Shown piece by piece: positions 22,522-33,048 of a stretch of DNA of 64,000 nt; positions within the stretch are counted from its first letter, which is position 1, and every line of letters begins with the position of its first letter. Below the pieces are notes generated by a model. It saw only the letters and a list, made by a program, of their open reading frames with translations. It had not been told where the DNA came from and ran no database searches. The stretch lies in NCBI GenBank assembly GCA_963782055.1, contig CAWAIF010000003.1:3776001-3840000 (forward strand), read 5' to 3'. A program made the position numbers and the translations under genes. Source of the stretch: an uncultured delta proteobacterium. GTDB taxonomy: Bacteria > Myxococcota_A > Polyangia > Polyangiales > Polyangiaceae.

Positions 22522-23298
22522 CTACTTCTTGTTCCTGGAGTCCGGCGGCACGATGAAGGGCACCACGTGCTCCTTGGCCTCGAAGCTCGCGCGGTACACC
22601 GCCGCGGCGTGCTGCGTGGCGAAGGGCCCCACGCGGACGCGGAACCAGGTGCCGCGGCCGACGACGTTCGCCTGAACCACGTACGCCTTGTGGCCGCGCG
22701 CCCGGAGCTGCGCGGCGAAGGCGTTCGCCTCCTGCTGGGTCCGGAAGGAGCTCACCTGGAGCTGGTAGCCACCCCGGTGGCCCTCCGGCGCGGCCGCGGC
22801 GGCCGCCTCGGTGATCTGGGCGGAGTCGGCGGCGGCCTTCGTCAGGTCGTCGCGCGGGCGCGTGACCACCGGCGTGGCCTGGAGCACGTCCTGGGCAGGG
22901 AGAGGCACCACCGGGAGCCGATCCGCCGGGGGCGGAGGCGCCGTCGGGGCGGCGGCGAGGTCCCCGGCGCCCTTGCCGCGCACCGCCGCCAGCGCGGTGG
23001 TGGGCGACTTGTCGTCGCTGAGGATGCCCGGGAAGGTGACGTCCTGCGTGGACAGCTCGGTGGCCTTGACCCCGGGCGCCGCGGCGGCGCCCTTGGCGTG
23101 CGCGGAGACGAGATCCCCCAGCGGGTCCACCTTCGGCGTCGCGTCGCTGGAGCGACGCCCCCCGAGCGCGGTCACCGCGAAGACGACGCAGGCGCCGCCC
23201 AGCACCACCAGCGCCACCGAGACGCCGCGCGGGATGCCGCGCGCCTCGTCCTGCTCCTGGATGCGCTCCAGGTTCCTCACCGATGCCTGATCCATCAT
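22522..23298 (-). CDS. SPOR domain membrane protein
   Basis: TM, Pro/Ala linker, YQLQVSSF...WFRVRVGPF; ATGA overlap with argS. Confidence 0.88.
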   Translation of the reverse strand: MMDQASVRNLERIQEQDEARGIPRGVSVALVVLGGACVVFAVTALGGRRSSDATPKVDPLGDLVSAHAKGAAAAPGVKATELSTQDVTFPGILSDDKSPTTALAAVRGKGAGDLAAAPTAPPPPADRLPVVPLPAQDVLQATPVVTRPRDDLTKAAADSAQITEAAAAAAPEGHRGGYQLQVSSFRTQQEANAFAAQLRARGHKAYVVQANVVGRGTWFRVRVGPFATQHAAAVYRASFEAKEHVVPFIVPPDSRNKK

Positions 23299-25097
23299 GG
23301 TCCTTGCTCCATCGGGTCGTTGTCCGCGGCCTCGGCCGGGCGTTCCATGCGCTCCGGCGCCGAGATCCCCAGTAGCTCGAGCGACGAGGCGTAGACGACG
23401 CGCAGCGCCTCCACCCACGCCAGGCGCGCGCGCGTCTTGCCCATGTCCCACTTCGCCTCCCAGCCCGGCTGCGCGCGGGTGGACTCCGGCGGGAGGATGG
23501 GATCGCCCTTCATGCGGGTGAAGTAGCTCTGGAAGGCGCTGCCGAGCTCCTGCACGTAGAAGACCACACGGTGCGGCTCGCGCAGCGCGGCGGCGTTGGC
23601 CACGACGATGGGGAAGTCGCTCACCTTGGAGGCGAGGGCGAGCTCGTCGGGGTGCACCAGCGCCGACCACCCCTCCGGCGAGAGCGACGCGGGGGGCGTG
23701 ATGCCGATGCTCCGCGCCTTGGCGAGGATGGAGCAGAGCCGCGCGTGGCCGTACTGGACGTAGAAGACCGGGTTGTCCAGGCTCTTCTTTTTGGCGATCT
23801 CGATGTCGAAGTCGACGGGCTGCGTGGCGCTGCGCGAGAGGTAGAAGAAGCGCAGCGCGTCGCGGCCCGCGCCGTGGCGCCCGGCGGCGGCGTCGATCTC
23901 CTCGAGGATCTCCTCCGCGGTGACGACGTTGCCGGCGCGCTTGGAGCTCTTCACCGCCTCGCCCGCGCGGTAGATGTAGACGAGGTTGTAGAGCAGCGCC
24001 TCGAAGAGGTCGCTCTTCAGCCCGAGCGCCTCCAGCGCGTTGCGCATGCGCGCGACGTAGCCGTGGTGGTCGACGCCCAGCACGTTGATCAGGCGGTCGT
24101 AGCCGCGGCCGATCTTGTCGGCGTGGTAGGCGATGTCGCTGGCGAAGTAGGTGTAGGCGCCGTCGGACTTCTGCACGACGCGGTCCTTGTCGTCCGCCTC
24201 CGCGCCCTTGCCGACGAAGAAGAGGGCGCCGTCCTTGCGGACCAGGTAGCCGCCCGCCTCCAGCTGCCCGAGCGCCGTGGCGACCGCGCCCCAGCGATGG
24301 AGCGACTCCTCGCTGAACCAGACGTCGAAGCGGACGCCCAGGTCGGCGAGGGAGCTCTTGATGCCGCGGAGCATGTCGGAGCCGGGGATGCCGCGCAGCA
24401 TCCAGCCGATGCACGCGCGGGAGAGCGACGCGACGTCACCCTCCAGGGCGGCGGGGTCCACCTTCTTCAGCCAGTCGGCGAGCTCCAGCACGTAGCCGCC
24501 CTGGTAGCCACCCTCCGGGACCGGCTTGCCCTGCGACTGGGCGAGGACGCTCTCGGCGAAGAGGCGCACCTGGTTGCCGAAGTCGTTGATGTAGTACTCG
24601 CGCGTGACGCGGTGGCCGCAGGCTTCCAGCAGCGTCGCGACGGCGTCGCCGAAGATGGCGTTGCGCGCCGCCGCCACGGTGATGGGCCCGGTCGGGTTGG
24701 CGCTGACGAGCTCCAGGTTGACGCGCTCGCCCGTCGCCGCCGCCGCGCGGCCGTAGGCGCGCCCCTGCGAGAGCACCGTCTCCAGCTCGCGCTGCAGCAC
24801 GCTCGCGTGCAGGCGCAGGTTGACGAAGCCGGGGCCCGCCACCTCCGCGCCGGCGATGACGTCGTCGCCGGCCAGCGCCTTCGCCAGCGCCTCGGCGATG
24901 GCGCGCGGGGGCTTCCTCGCCGGCTTGGCGAGCACCATGGCGACGTTGGTGGCGTAGTCGCCGTGCTCCGCGCGCTTCGGACGCTCCACGGTCCACGCCG
25001 TCGCGGTCGAGAGGTCCGCCTCGCCCAGCGCACCCTCCGCGGCGAGCGCCTCGAGCTTGCGGGTCAAGCTCTTGCGCACCGATTCCACCACACTCAT
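23295..25097 (-). CDS. argS: Arginine--tRNA ligase
   Basis: HGDYATN, AGPGFVN, SANPTGP, REYYINDFGNQ, YFASDIAYH, NPVFYVQYGHAR, APERM. Confidence 0.96.
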   Translation of the reverse strand: MSVVESVRKSLTRKLEALAAEGALGEADLSTATAWTVERPKRAEHGDYATNVAMVLAKPARKPPRAIAEALAKALAGDDVIAGAEVAGPGFVNLRLHASVLQRELETVLSQGRAYGRAAAATGERVNLELVSANPTGPITVAAARNAIFGDAVATLLEACGHRVTREYYINDFGNQVRLFAESVLAQSQGKPVPEGGYQGGYVLELADWLKKVDPAALEGDVASLSRACIGWMLRGIPGSDMLRGIKSSLADLGVRFDVWFSEESLHRWGAVATALGQLEAGGYLVRKDGALFFVGKGAEADDKDRVVQKSDGAYTYFASDIAYHADKIGRGYDRLINVLGVDHHGYVARMRNALEALGLKSDLFEALLYNLVYIYRAGEAVKSSKRAGNVVTAEEILEEIDAAAGRHGAGRDALRFFYLSRSATQPVDFDIEIAKKKSLDNPVFYVQYGHARLCSILAKARSIGITPPASLSPEGWSALVHPDELALASKVSDFPIVVANAAALREPHRVVFYVQELGSAFQSYFTRMKGDPILPPESTRAQPGWEAKWDMGKTRARLAWVEALRVVYASSLELLGISAPERMERPAEAADNDPMEQGP

Positions 25098-25146
25098 GGT
25101 CATCCTCCGGTACCGCCGGGGACCTCGCCCGGCCAAGATTTCGTCG

Positions 25147-26433
25147 TCACGGCGCGGGCGCGAGGTCCAGGAGCTGGGCTGCCTTCCAGCGCGTCTCCTC
25201 CACCTCCTGCCAGGGATCACTGCCGGCCACGATGCCCCCGCCGGTGAAGTACTCGACCTCCCCGCCGCGGACGACGGCGGTGCGGATCGCCATGGTCAGA
25301 CACACGCCGCCGTCGCGCCCGACATAGCCCAGCGCGCCGGTGTAGAGGCCGCGGCGGTGCTCCTCCAGATCCGCAATGATCTCCATGGCTCGCACCTTGG
25401 GAGCTCCCGTGATGCTTCCGGCCGGGAGGAGGGCTCGCGCGGCGTCTTCGATGTCGCGCGTAACCTCCCGACGTCCCACGACTTCTGCGACGCGGCTGAG
25501 CACTCGGGCGCGGACCACGCGCGGCGCGCCGCGGACGCGCACCGACCCGGGCACGCACACGCGCCCCAGGTCGTTGCGGTGCAGATCGATCGCCATGGTG
25601 AGCTCGGCGCGCTCCTTCTCGCTCGCCTCCAGCTCGGCGACGAGGCCCTCGTCCTCGGCGGCGTGCGCGCCGCGCGGCCGCGTGCCCTTGATGGGGGCGG
25701 TGCGCAGCGTGGAGCCTCGCGCCTCCAGGCAGAGCTCGGGGCTGCAGCCGCAGACGGTGGTCTCACCCATGTCCAGATGGACGCCGTAGGGGGCCGGCGC
25801 CTCACCGAAGAGACGCGCGAAGAGATCCAGCGGGCTGCCCCGCAGGTGAAAGCGCAGCCGGCGGGCCAGGTTGACCTGGTAGATGTCCCCGCGCGCGATG
25901 TACTCCAGCGCGGCGCGGATGCGCGCGGCGTGGGAGGCCTCGTCGCCGGCCTCCGCGGCGCGCAGGCTGACCGGCGCGGCCTCGCGCGGGGGACGGCGCA
26001 GCGCGGCCAGGAGGCGCTCCGCCGCGCGGGCGTCGTCCGCCTCCACCACCACGTGCCCGGTGGCGTGGTCCACCCGGAGCACGGCGTCGTAGCGATGCCA
26101 GCGCGCCCCTGTGATCCAGGGGGCGGGACGCTCGTCCGGCCTGCGCCACGCGGGGCGCTCCAGACCCCGCAGCGTCTCGTAGGGCACGCCGCCCACCCAG
26201 CGCGGGGCGGCGGGCAGGCCGGCCCACCCGGGCGCGGGCGCGCCGGCGCGGGGGAGAAGATCGGTGGAGATCTCCACCGGATCGCACGCGACGAAGCTGG
26301 AGCGCGCGTCGTCGGGGTCGAGGGCGCCGCGCGGATCGCTCACCAGGAGCGCCAGGCCGGGCCGCCCGGCGAGGCGGCGCGCGAGGGCCCAGGGGTCCGC
26401 GGGGAGGCGGAGCTCTCGGACGACGTGCGGCAT
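25147..26433 (-). CDS. Chorismate-binding enzyme (PabB/TrpE component I family)
   Basis: GDIYQVNL, SPE, PIKGTRPR, DLHRNDL, GSITGAPKVRAM, GGGIV. Confidence 0.9.
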   Translation of the reverse strand: MPHVVRELRLPADPWALARRLAGRPGLALLVSDPRGALDPDDARSSFVACDPVEISTDLLPRAGAPAPGWAGLPAAPRWVGGVPYETLRGLERPAWRRPDERPAPWITGARWHRYDAVLRVDHATGHVVVEADDARAAERLLAALRRPPREAAPVSLRAAEAGDEASHAARIRAALEYIARGDIYQVNLARRLRFHLRGSPLDLFARLFGEAPAPYGVHLDMGETTVCGCSPELCLEARGSTLRTAPIKGTRPRGAHAAEDEGLVAELEASEKERAELTMAIDLHRNDLGRVCVPGSVRVRGAPRVVRARVLSRVAEVVGRREVTRDIEDAARALLPAGSITGAPKVRAMEIIADLEEHRRGLYTGALGYVGRDGGVCLTMAIRTAVVRGGEVEYFTGGGIVAGSDPWQEVEETRWKAAQLLDLAPAP

Positions 26434-26534
26434 CGCGTCCTCGTGTAGCCCACGCCGCACCGCGCGTCACCGGGCGGCGCACCCGCGTCCGGCCTCGGCG
26501 GGACGCACCTGCTGTGCTACCTGATCCGCACCCG

Positions 26535-27878
26535 ATGTCCGGCCCCCTCCAGACGCCGCGTAACGCCCTCGTGCTCGCGCTGGCGCTCGGGGCGTGCAGC
26601 GCGCCCACAGGCACCCTCGCCATCACCACCGGCGGCGAGAGCGACACCTTCTCCCGCGCCCCCGCCCCGACGAGCCTGCTGGTGGAGTCGGTGGACTCCG
26701 CCGGGACGCACACCACCCTCGCGCAGACGGCGCTGCCTGTCGGCACCCTCGACCTGGGCAGCCAGAGCGACGCCAACGTGCTGTCCTTCCAGGTCACCGG
26801 CAAGGACGACGCGGGCGACGTGCTGGTCTACGGCGCCACCCTCCCCGTCCAGCTCTCGGTGATCTCCAGCGCCGCGCTCCCGGTCTTCGTGCAGCGCGTG
26901 GGGGAGACCGCGCGCATGCCCGGCACCCTCTGCGACGCGCGCCCCGCGCCGCTCGTCGCCGCCGCCGGGCGCTCGCTCATCGTCGCGGGAGGGAAGGACG
27001 CCACCAGCCAGGAGCAGGTCTGCGGCTACGATCTCGCCATCCTGCAGAGCATCGGCAGCGTGCTGGGCATCGACCGCGCGCCGCGATCCATGGCCCTCGC
27101 GCCGGACGCCTCCAGCCCCGCGGCGCTGCTGGTGGACGATGCCGGGGCGACGGTGCTGGACCTGGCGCAGGGCACCCAGCAGGATCTCGACCCGCCGAAG
27201 GGCGGCACCTACGCCGACGTCTCCGGCGGCGCCACCATCGTGGGCGAGGACGGCGCGAGCTGGATCGTCGGCAGCACGCGCGACTCGGATGCCGCGTCGG
27301 CGCTGGTGCTGCACCTGGACCCGGCAGGGACCGCCTCCTTCGTGACGCTCTCGGCCCCGCGCGCGCGGGCCGCCGCGGCCTGGTCGCCAGGGCGCGGCCT
27401 GGTCGTGGTGGGCGGCAGCGATGCCGCGCCCGGCGGCGAGCTGGTCCCGACGGGCGGCACCGCCACCGTCGCGCTCCCCTACCCTCCCGACGCGACCACC
27501 GGCGCGGTCGCCACCTCCCTCGACAGCTCCACGGTGCTGCTCGTCGGCGGCCACGACACGCAGGGGGCGAGCGTCGCCCCGCGCACGCTGGACCTCGGGT
27601 GCTCCATCGACTGCAAGCCGAAGGCGTGGGGTCAGCCGCCGGCTGCGGCGATCACGGCGACCGGCCTGTTCACCGTCGCCCCGGGCGTCGCGGTGCTGGT
27701 CGGCGACGACCTCTCCGGCTCGACCCACGTCTTCCGGATGGACGCGAAGGCGACGACGGAGGTCCCGCTCAAGATCCCGCGCGCTCAGGCGCGCGCGCTG
27801 CTGCTGGCCACCGGCGCCCTGGCGATCGTCGGGGGCGGCAGCGACGTGATCGAGAGCTTCTATCCTGGGAGGATGTGA
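26535..27878 (+). CDS. Hypothetical lipoprotein with beta-propeller/kelch-like C-terminal region
   Basis: LGAC lipobox; recurring hydrophobic-GG motifs ([23 protein letters not shown]). Confidence 0.65.
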   Translation: MSGPLQTPRNALVLALALGACSAPTGTLAITTGGESDTFSRAPAPTSLLVESVDSAGTHTTLAQTALPVGTLDLGSQSDANVLSFQVTGKDDAGDVLVYGATLPVQLSVISSAALPVFVQRVGETARMPGTLCDARPAPLVAAAGRSLIVAGGKDATSQEQVCGYDLAILQSIGSVLGIDRAPRSMALAPDASSPAALLVDDAGATVLDLAQGTQQDLDPPKGGTYADVSGGATIVGEDGASWIVGSTRDSDAASALVLHLDPAGTASFVTLSAPRARAAAAWSPGRGLVVVGGSDAAPGGELVPTGGTATVALPYPPDATTGAVATSLDSSTVLLVGGHDTQGASVAPRTLDLGCSIDCKPKAWGQPPAAAITATGLFTVAPGVAVLVGDDLSGSTHVFRMDAKATTEVPLKIPRAQARALLLATGALAIVGGGSDVIESFYPGRM

Positions 27879-27947
27879 ACTTCGTTCACATCCCTCTCGG
27901 TGACTGTCCTCGAAGGAGCGGCACGCGCCGCCCCTCACGCGGGCCCT

Positions 27948-27999
27948 CCGCTACGCGTCGGGCGTTTCGTGCCTCCTGCCCCGCTACGCGTCGGGCGTT
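27948..27999. repeat. 19-bp direct repeat spanning the stop codon of the downstream gene
   Basis: CCGCTACGCGTCGGGCGTT at 27948-27966 and 27981-27999. Confidence 0.75.
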
Positions 28000-29657
28000 G
28001 CCTCCGGTGGCGGCGTGCGGCGGCGCACCCAGAGGAGGGCGAGGCCGGGGACGAGAAGGAGGGCGGGCCACGGCGAACCCCCGCCACCTGCGGCGTCGCA
28101 GCTGCAGCCGCCGTCGTTGCCGGGGTTGCCGGTGCCGGCGTCGTCGCCGATGCCTGCCTCGTCGAAGGGCATGCCCCCGTCCGGCTGCGCCTGCGGGCAC
28201 GTGGGCACGCCGCCGGTGCCGCCGTCCACGTGCAGCGCCGCCCACCCCTTCGGCGGGAACCTGGCGAGGGCACCCGCCGCCGTGTTCGTCTGTGCGACGG
28301 CGAGGATCTGCACGCCCTTCTTCACGGGCACAGTCACGCATGCGCTCACCGTGTCGCCGTCGGCGTCTCCGGCGAGCACGCCGTCCACGAAGAGGGAGAC
28401 GTGCTTGATCCCCGCGCCGCTGGTGTCGGTCGCGGTGGCGGTCACCTGCGTCTCGGCGTCCACCGCCTGGCCGTCGGTCACGCCGGTGATCGTCACCACC
28501 GGGCGCTTGGCGTAGGGCGCGAGCATCGGGTCGCCGACGACGAGGTTGCGCCAGTACGCGTAGGGCAGGCGGCGGAAGTACGCCTCGGCGAGCGTGGCGC
28601 CCTTGACGTAGTCCACCATCAGGTAGCGCGAGGGAAAGACGTTGTTGAGTGGCTCGTCGACGGTGCCGTGGACGCCGCCGACGCCCTTCTCCACCCAGCG
28701 CGAGATGGAGACCTGCGTCTCCCCGGTGGAGGCGAAGTTCTTCGGCACCGCGCCGAAGCTCGTCAGGTTGTCCACCAGCGCGCCCGGCAGGTAGGTGTTG
28801 CCCTCGATGGTGTCGCCGATGGACGCGGTGCCTGTGAAGAAGCCGGCGAGCGTCTTGCCGGTCAGGTTGGCGTCGAAGGGCACCTCCTCGGCGTCGGTGT
28901 AGCCGGCCGACTTGAGCGAGGAGATCACGGTCGGGTAGTCGCCGTCCAGCGCACCGCGCGCGCTGTCGGCGCCGTCCATGAAGAGGAAGGTGCCCTTGGC
29001 GCCACCGTTCTTCTCGGCGTCCATCGCGCTCTGGATGAGCATCTGGCCGTCGGCGTAGGAGCGGCCGGTGAGCATGGTGACGAGCAGGATCTTCCAGTCG
29101 ACGCCCGCGCGGACGGAGTCGTACCCGGGCCCGAAGGGGCCGTTGAGATAGAGCAGCGGGTTGACGTACTTGGCGCCGAGGCACGGGGAGCCGCAGTCGA
29201 CGATCTGCCCCGGGTCCTGCCCGAGCAGCGGCGAGGAGTCGGCGGTGAGCGTGGAGCGCCAGACGGAGAGGGTCGCGGCGAGGGAGGCGTTGTGCAGGGC
29301 GTTGCCGACCGGGATGGCGACGCGCAGGGGCACGCCGCGCATGACGACGACGGCCTCGATGCGATCCAGGACGCCGGCGTCCTTCAGGCACGCCTCGAAC
29401 GGGCCGTCGATCGCCGTCTGGTAGTCGGCGAGGCTGATGTCGTCGGTCGCCGGCATGCTCAGCTTGCACACCTGCCGCGCGGGTACGTCGCGCGCGGCGG
29501 CGTAGGCGTCGGCGAGCGCGCCGCTCTCCGGGATGTCGGCGTTGGCCAGCACCGCGACAGAGTCCGGACCCGGTGTCGCCGCGGCGACCCCGGCGAAGGC
29601 GAACACCCCGGAGCCGGCGAGGCCGGCGAACCAAGCGAGACGAAGGCGGCGGCCCAT
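27984..29657 (-). CDS. TIGR03790-like surface protein with Ig-like domain and MYXO-CTERM
   Basis: VLAN...LADAYAAAR, PGALVDNLTSFGA, HGTVDEP, VGDPMLAPY; C-terminal GGCSC + hydrophobic helix + RRR. Confidence 0.8.
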   Translation of the reverse strand: MGRRLRLAWFAGLAGSGVFAFAGVAAATPGPDSVAVLANADIPESGALADAYAAARDVPARQVCKLSMPATDDISLADYQTAIDGPFEACLKDAGVLDRIEAVVVMRGVPLRVAIPVGNALHNASLAATLSVWRSTLTADSSPLLGQDPGQIVDCGSPCLGAKYVNPLLYLNGPFGPGYDSVRAGVDWKILLVTMLTGRSYADGQMLIQSAMDAEKNGGAKGTFLFMDGADSARGALDGDYPTVISSLKSAGYTDAEEVPFDANLTGKTLAGFFTGTASIGDTIEGNTYLPGALVDNLTSFGAVPKNFASTGETQVSISRWVEKGVGGVHGTVDEPLNNVFPSRYLMVDYVKGATLAEAYFRRLPYAYWRNLVVGDPMLAPYAKRPVVTITGVTDGQAVDAETQVTATATDTSGAGIKHVSLFVDGVLAGDADGDTVSACVTVPVKKGVQILAVAQTNTAAGALARFPPKGWAALHVDGGTGGVPTCPQAQPDGGMPFDEAGIGDDAGTGNPGNDGGCSCDAAGGGGSPWPALLLVPGLALLWVRRRTPPPEATPDA

Positions 29658-29709
29658 GGCCGATGAGCTTACCGCCTTGCAGCGCGCGCGGGGACTCCTC
29701 CGGCGCGCG

Positions 29710-30579
29710 CTAGGCCGGAAGCCGCACGATGCCGCGGGGCGTCACGACGGCGTCGGCCAGCGGGGCGACGGCCGCCGCCCCCGGCCACACCACGGTGCGG
29801 GTGAGCGCGCCCTCGCCGGTGACGCGCGCGCCCTCCCCGACCACGCTGGCCTCCAGCGTCACCCCCGACGCGACGGCTGCCCCCGGCGCGGCCCACGCCG
29901 CCAGCCCGCGCCGGGCGAGCCACCCCCGGTTGGCGGCCAGGTATCCGGCGAGGGTGCCGATGTCGCAGAAGGAGGCGTCGGTCTCGAAGGCGCGCAGCTC
30001 CGCGCCGCGGCGCAGCGCGGGGAGGTAGACGTCACCGACGAGGCAGCCCTCTTCCGGCAGCGACGCGCGCAGGGAGGCGCCCAGCAGGTGGATCCCCAAG
30101 AACTCGCCGCCGCGCGCCTCCTCGGCGAAGGACTCGCGGCGCAGGCGCACCACGCGGCCCGCGGCGTCCAGCCCGACGTTGCCGGCCCCCTTCGCGCCGG
30201 GACGCACCGCGAGCGTCGCCTCGGCGGTGTGCGCGGCGAGCAGCGCGCCGAGATCCAGGTCGGCGAAGATGTCGCCGTTGTAGACGAGCACGTCGCCAGG
30301 GCCGAGCAGCGCCGCCGCGTGCGCGACGCCCCCGGCGGTGCCGAGCAGGCGGCCCTCGACCGACACCGCCACGCCCTCCTCCCCGCCGAAGGCGACCACC
30401 TCCTCGGCGCGGTGGAAGGCGTTGGCGACGACGCGGGCGATCTTCGCCGCCCGCAGCGCCCGCACCGCGTGGGCGATGGCCGGCGCGTCGCCCACCGGCA
30501 GCAGCGGCTTGGCGCGCTCCTCCGAGAGGGGACGCAGGCGCGTCCCCAGCCCTGCGGCAAGAACCATCCCGGAGATCAC
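29710..30579 (-). CDS. Sugar-phosphate nucleotidyltransferase (MurU/GMPP-like)
   Basis: LAAGLGTRLRPL, KPLLPV, LGTAGG, NGD, DIGT; short hexapeptide-repeat tail. Confidence 0.85.
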   Translation of the reverse strand: MISGMVLAAGLGTRLRPLSEERAKPLLPVGDAPAIAHAVRALRAAKIARVVANAFHRAEEVVAFGGEEGVAVSVEGRLLGTAGGVAHAAALLGPGDVLVYNGDIFADLDLGALLAAHTAEATLAVRPGAKGAGNVGLDAAGRVVRLRRESFAEEARGGEFLGIHLLGASLRASLPEEGCLVGDVYLPALRRGAELRAFETDASFCDIGTLAGYLAANRGWLARRGLAAWAAPGAAVASGVTLEASVVGEGARVTGEGALTRTVVWPGAAAVAPLADAVVTPRGIVRLPA

Positions 30580-30591
30580 CAGCGCGCCTTA

Positions 30592-33048
30592 TCACACCGC
30601 GGCGATCATGTCCTTCAGCCGGGCGCGCACCGCCGCCTCGTCGACGAGCGGGAGACCCGCGCCGGCCGCCGCGTCGGCCACCACCTTCCGCGTGCGCGCG
30701 CCGGAGGCCGCGAGGAGCGCCGCCGCCAGGGCGAGCTCCGCCAGCCGCGGCGCCGTGGCCGCGACGCGCACCGCGAGCGGGACGAGCGCGTCGATTGCCT
30801 TGCGGACCTGCGCGCCATAGAGGGCGTGGGCGGTGGTGACGCCCTCCTGCACGAGCTCGAGCAGGGCGAAGGCGGTGCCGCGGACCAGCGCGGTGTCGTC
30901 GGTGGCCGCGGGGCTCGCCGCGTCCGCCCAGAGCCCGCTGGCGAGCTGCCGCGCGAGGGTGCGGTCCAGCGGGCGCGCGGCGGTGGAGGGCGCGCCGGCG
31001 TGCTCGGCGCGCTCGTCGTGGACCGGCGCCGGCTGCGGCACCGGACCGCCCCTCGCCGCGAACGACTCGCTGGTGGCGCGCGACGACAAGCGCGCGGGGG
31101 CCGCGGCGCGCGGGGCCGCGCGGCCCATGAACGCCTCCCGCGCCCGCACGGCAGGGAACGCCGCCAGCGGCCCGGTGGGCGCGCCGGAGGGGATGCCCAG
31201 CACCGGACCGCCGCCGGCGGCGCCGTGCTCCGACGCCGGCGCGACCATTCCCCACCCCGCCGGCGCGCTGACCGGCACCACGCGCGTCTCGGGCATGCCG
31301 GAGCTGCGGCGATCGCCGGTGCGCTTCTCGATCACCACGAAGGATGTGTACGCGCTCGCCACGCGGTGCTCCACCGCGAGCTTCACGATGCGCGCGCGGT
31401 TCGCCCCGGCGCGCCGGCCCGTCGCGCCCTCGGCGCGCTGCGACAGATCGCGGATGCGCTCGCGCGCCCAGAGCTTCGGCACGGCGGGCGCACGAGCGCT
31501 CGCCGGCAGGTCCACCGGCACCGCCAGGTAGAAGGGCTGCCCGTCGCACTCGCCGCGCAGCTCCAGCCGGCCGCGGCCGGGGCGCTCGTAGCGGCCGAAG
31601 ACCACCCACGGCTCGCCATCGATCAGGGCGGGCAGGTCCGCGGGCGCGAGCTCGCCCGCGTCGACGTCCACCCAGCGCGCGGCCAGGCCGGTGACGCGCG
31701 CGGCGGTGGCGCGCGCGAACTGGGCGACGACCTTGTCGTCGATCCGCTCGCCGGGGTAGATGCCCTCGTACCCGCCGCCGCTGCGCCGCGCGAGATCGCG
31801 CAGGAGCACGTCGCTCACGTTGGTGCCGATGCCGAAGGTGTAGAAGCGGGTGGAGGAGGTGGGGATCGCCTCGAGGATCTGCTCCTCGTTGCCCACCTGG
31901 CCATCGGTGAGCAGGACGACCACGTCCGGCGCGCCGCGGACCGCGTGCACCAGCGGGGCCAGCATCTCGGTGCCGCCGCGGGCGACGAGCCCGGAGACCC
32001 AGTCGTCGGCGCGGTCCAGCGTGGCCTGCGTGAAGGGCACCGAGGCGGGCGCGAAGACGCGGAAGGAGGACTCGAACGCGACGATGTTGAAGCGGTCGCC
32101 CTCGCGGAGCTGGCGCAGGCAGAGGCGCAGCGCGGAGCGAGCCTGCTCGAGGGACGCGCCCTGCATGGACCCGGAGACGTCGACGAGGAAGACCACGTCG
32201 GTGCGCGCCTCCCGGCGGGCGTGATCGAAGAGGTCGGGCACCACCGTCACCGCGACGTAGCCGTCCTCCCCCTCGCGGTGGGCGGCGACTGTGGTGAGCG
32301 GGCCGGCCGCGGCGCTGCGCACGGTGAGCACCACGTCGCGGTCCAGCGCGACCTCGCGCTCCGCGAAGCGCACGCGCACGCCGCCCTCTTCCGGCGTGGC
32401 GGTCACGCGATGCGAGGGGCTCTCCACCACGGCGTCGGGGCGCGCGGCGAAGAAGACGTCCAGCGCGAGGCCGTAGCTCACCGCGGCGATGGGCGGCGAG
32501 ATGCGATCGGCGTCGGGGACCGCGGCGGTGGGCTCGTGGGTGCCGTGCGCCGTCCGCTCGCCTCGCGCGCCGCCCGGGATGTAGCGCGGCGCGACCAGCG
32601 TGGGGATCGTCCAGCGGAGGCTGCCCTCGTCCGCCTGCACGCGCTGCACGTACTCCACCTCCACCAGCGTCTCCTCGCCGGGGAGGAGGTTGCCGACGGT
32701 GGCGGTGAAGACGTTGGCGCGCTCCTGATCCAGGAGGGCGGCGCCATGGCCGGCGTTGACGGCGTCGTCGTAGGCGTAAAATGCCTCGTCGCGCTCCTTG
32801 ACCTCTGCCTCCATGCGGCGGCCGGCGCACTCCATCACGAAGCCGGTGACGGTGGCGTCGGAGGGGAGCGGGAAGGTGTAGATGGCCTCGACGGGCACCG
32901 ACTCGGCGTTGCGGTAACGCTGGCGCACCACCGTGCGCGCGTGGGCGCCGATGACCTCGCCGGTCACGGCCACGCCGAGCAGAGGCACGGCGGTCCCCCT
33001 CACGGTGCGGAGTCCCCAGGGCGTGGCGGCGGGTTCGGTCGGGTTCAT
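30592..33048 (-). CDS. VIT + vWA domain protein
   Basis: EAIYTFPLP (VIT), MIDAS DVSGSM, GGTE, LLTDG, FGIG, LWARERI. Confidence 0.9.
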   Translation of the reverse strand: MNPTEPAATPWGLRTVRGTAVPLLGVAVTGEVIGAHARTVVRQRYRNAESVPVEAIYTFPLPSDATVTGFVMECAGRRMEAEVKERDEAFYAYDDAVNAGHGAALLDQERANVFTATVGNLLPGEETLVEVEYVQRVQADEGSLRWTIPTLVAPRYIPGGARGERTAHGTHEPTAAVPDADRISPPIAAVSYGLALDVFFAARPDAVVESPSHRVTATPEEGGVRVRFAEREVALDRDVVLTVRSAAAGPLTTVAAHREGEDGYVAVTVVPDLFDHARREARTDVVFLVDVSGSMQGASLEQARSALRLCLRQLREGDRFNIVAFESSFRVFAPASVPFTQATLDRADDWVSGLVARGGTEMLAPLVHAVRGAPDVVVLLTDGQVGNEEQILEAIPTSSTRFYTFGIGTNVSDVLLRDLARRSGGGYEGIYPGERIDDKVVAQFARATAARVTGLAARWVDVDAGELAPADLPALIDGEPWVVFGRYERPGRGRLELRGECDGQPFYLAVPVDLPASARAPAVPKLWARERIRDLSQRAEGATGRRAGANRARIVKLAVEHRVASAYTSFVVIEKRTGDRRSSGMPETRVVPVSAPAGWGMVAPASEHGAAGGGPVLGIPSGAPTGPLAAFPAVRAREAFMGRAAPRAAAPARLSSRATSESFAARGGPVPQPAPVHDERAEHAGAPSTAARPLDRTLARQLASGLWADAASPAATDDTALVRGTAFALLELVQEGVTTAHALYGAQVRKAIDALVPLAVRVAATAPRLAELALAAALLAASGARTRKVVADAAAGAGLPLVDEAAVRARLKDMIAAV

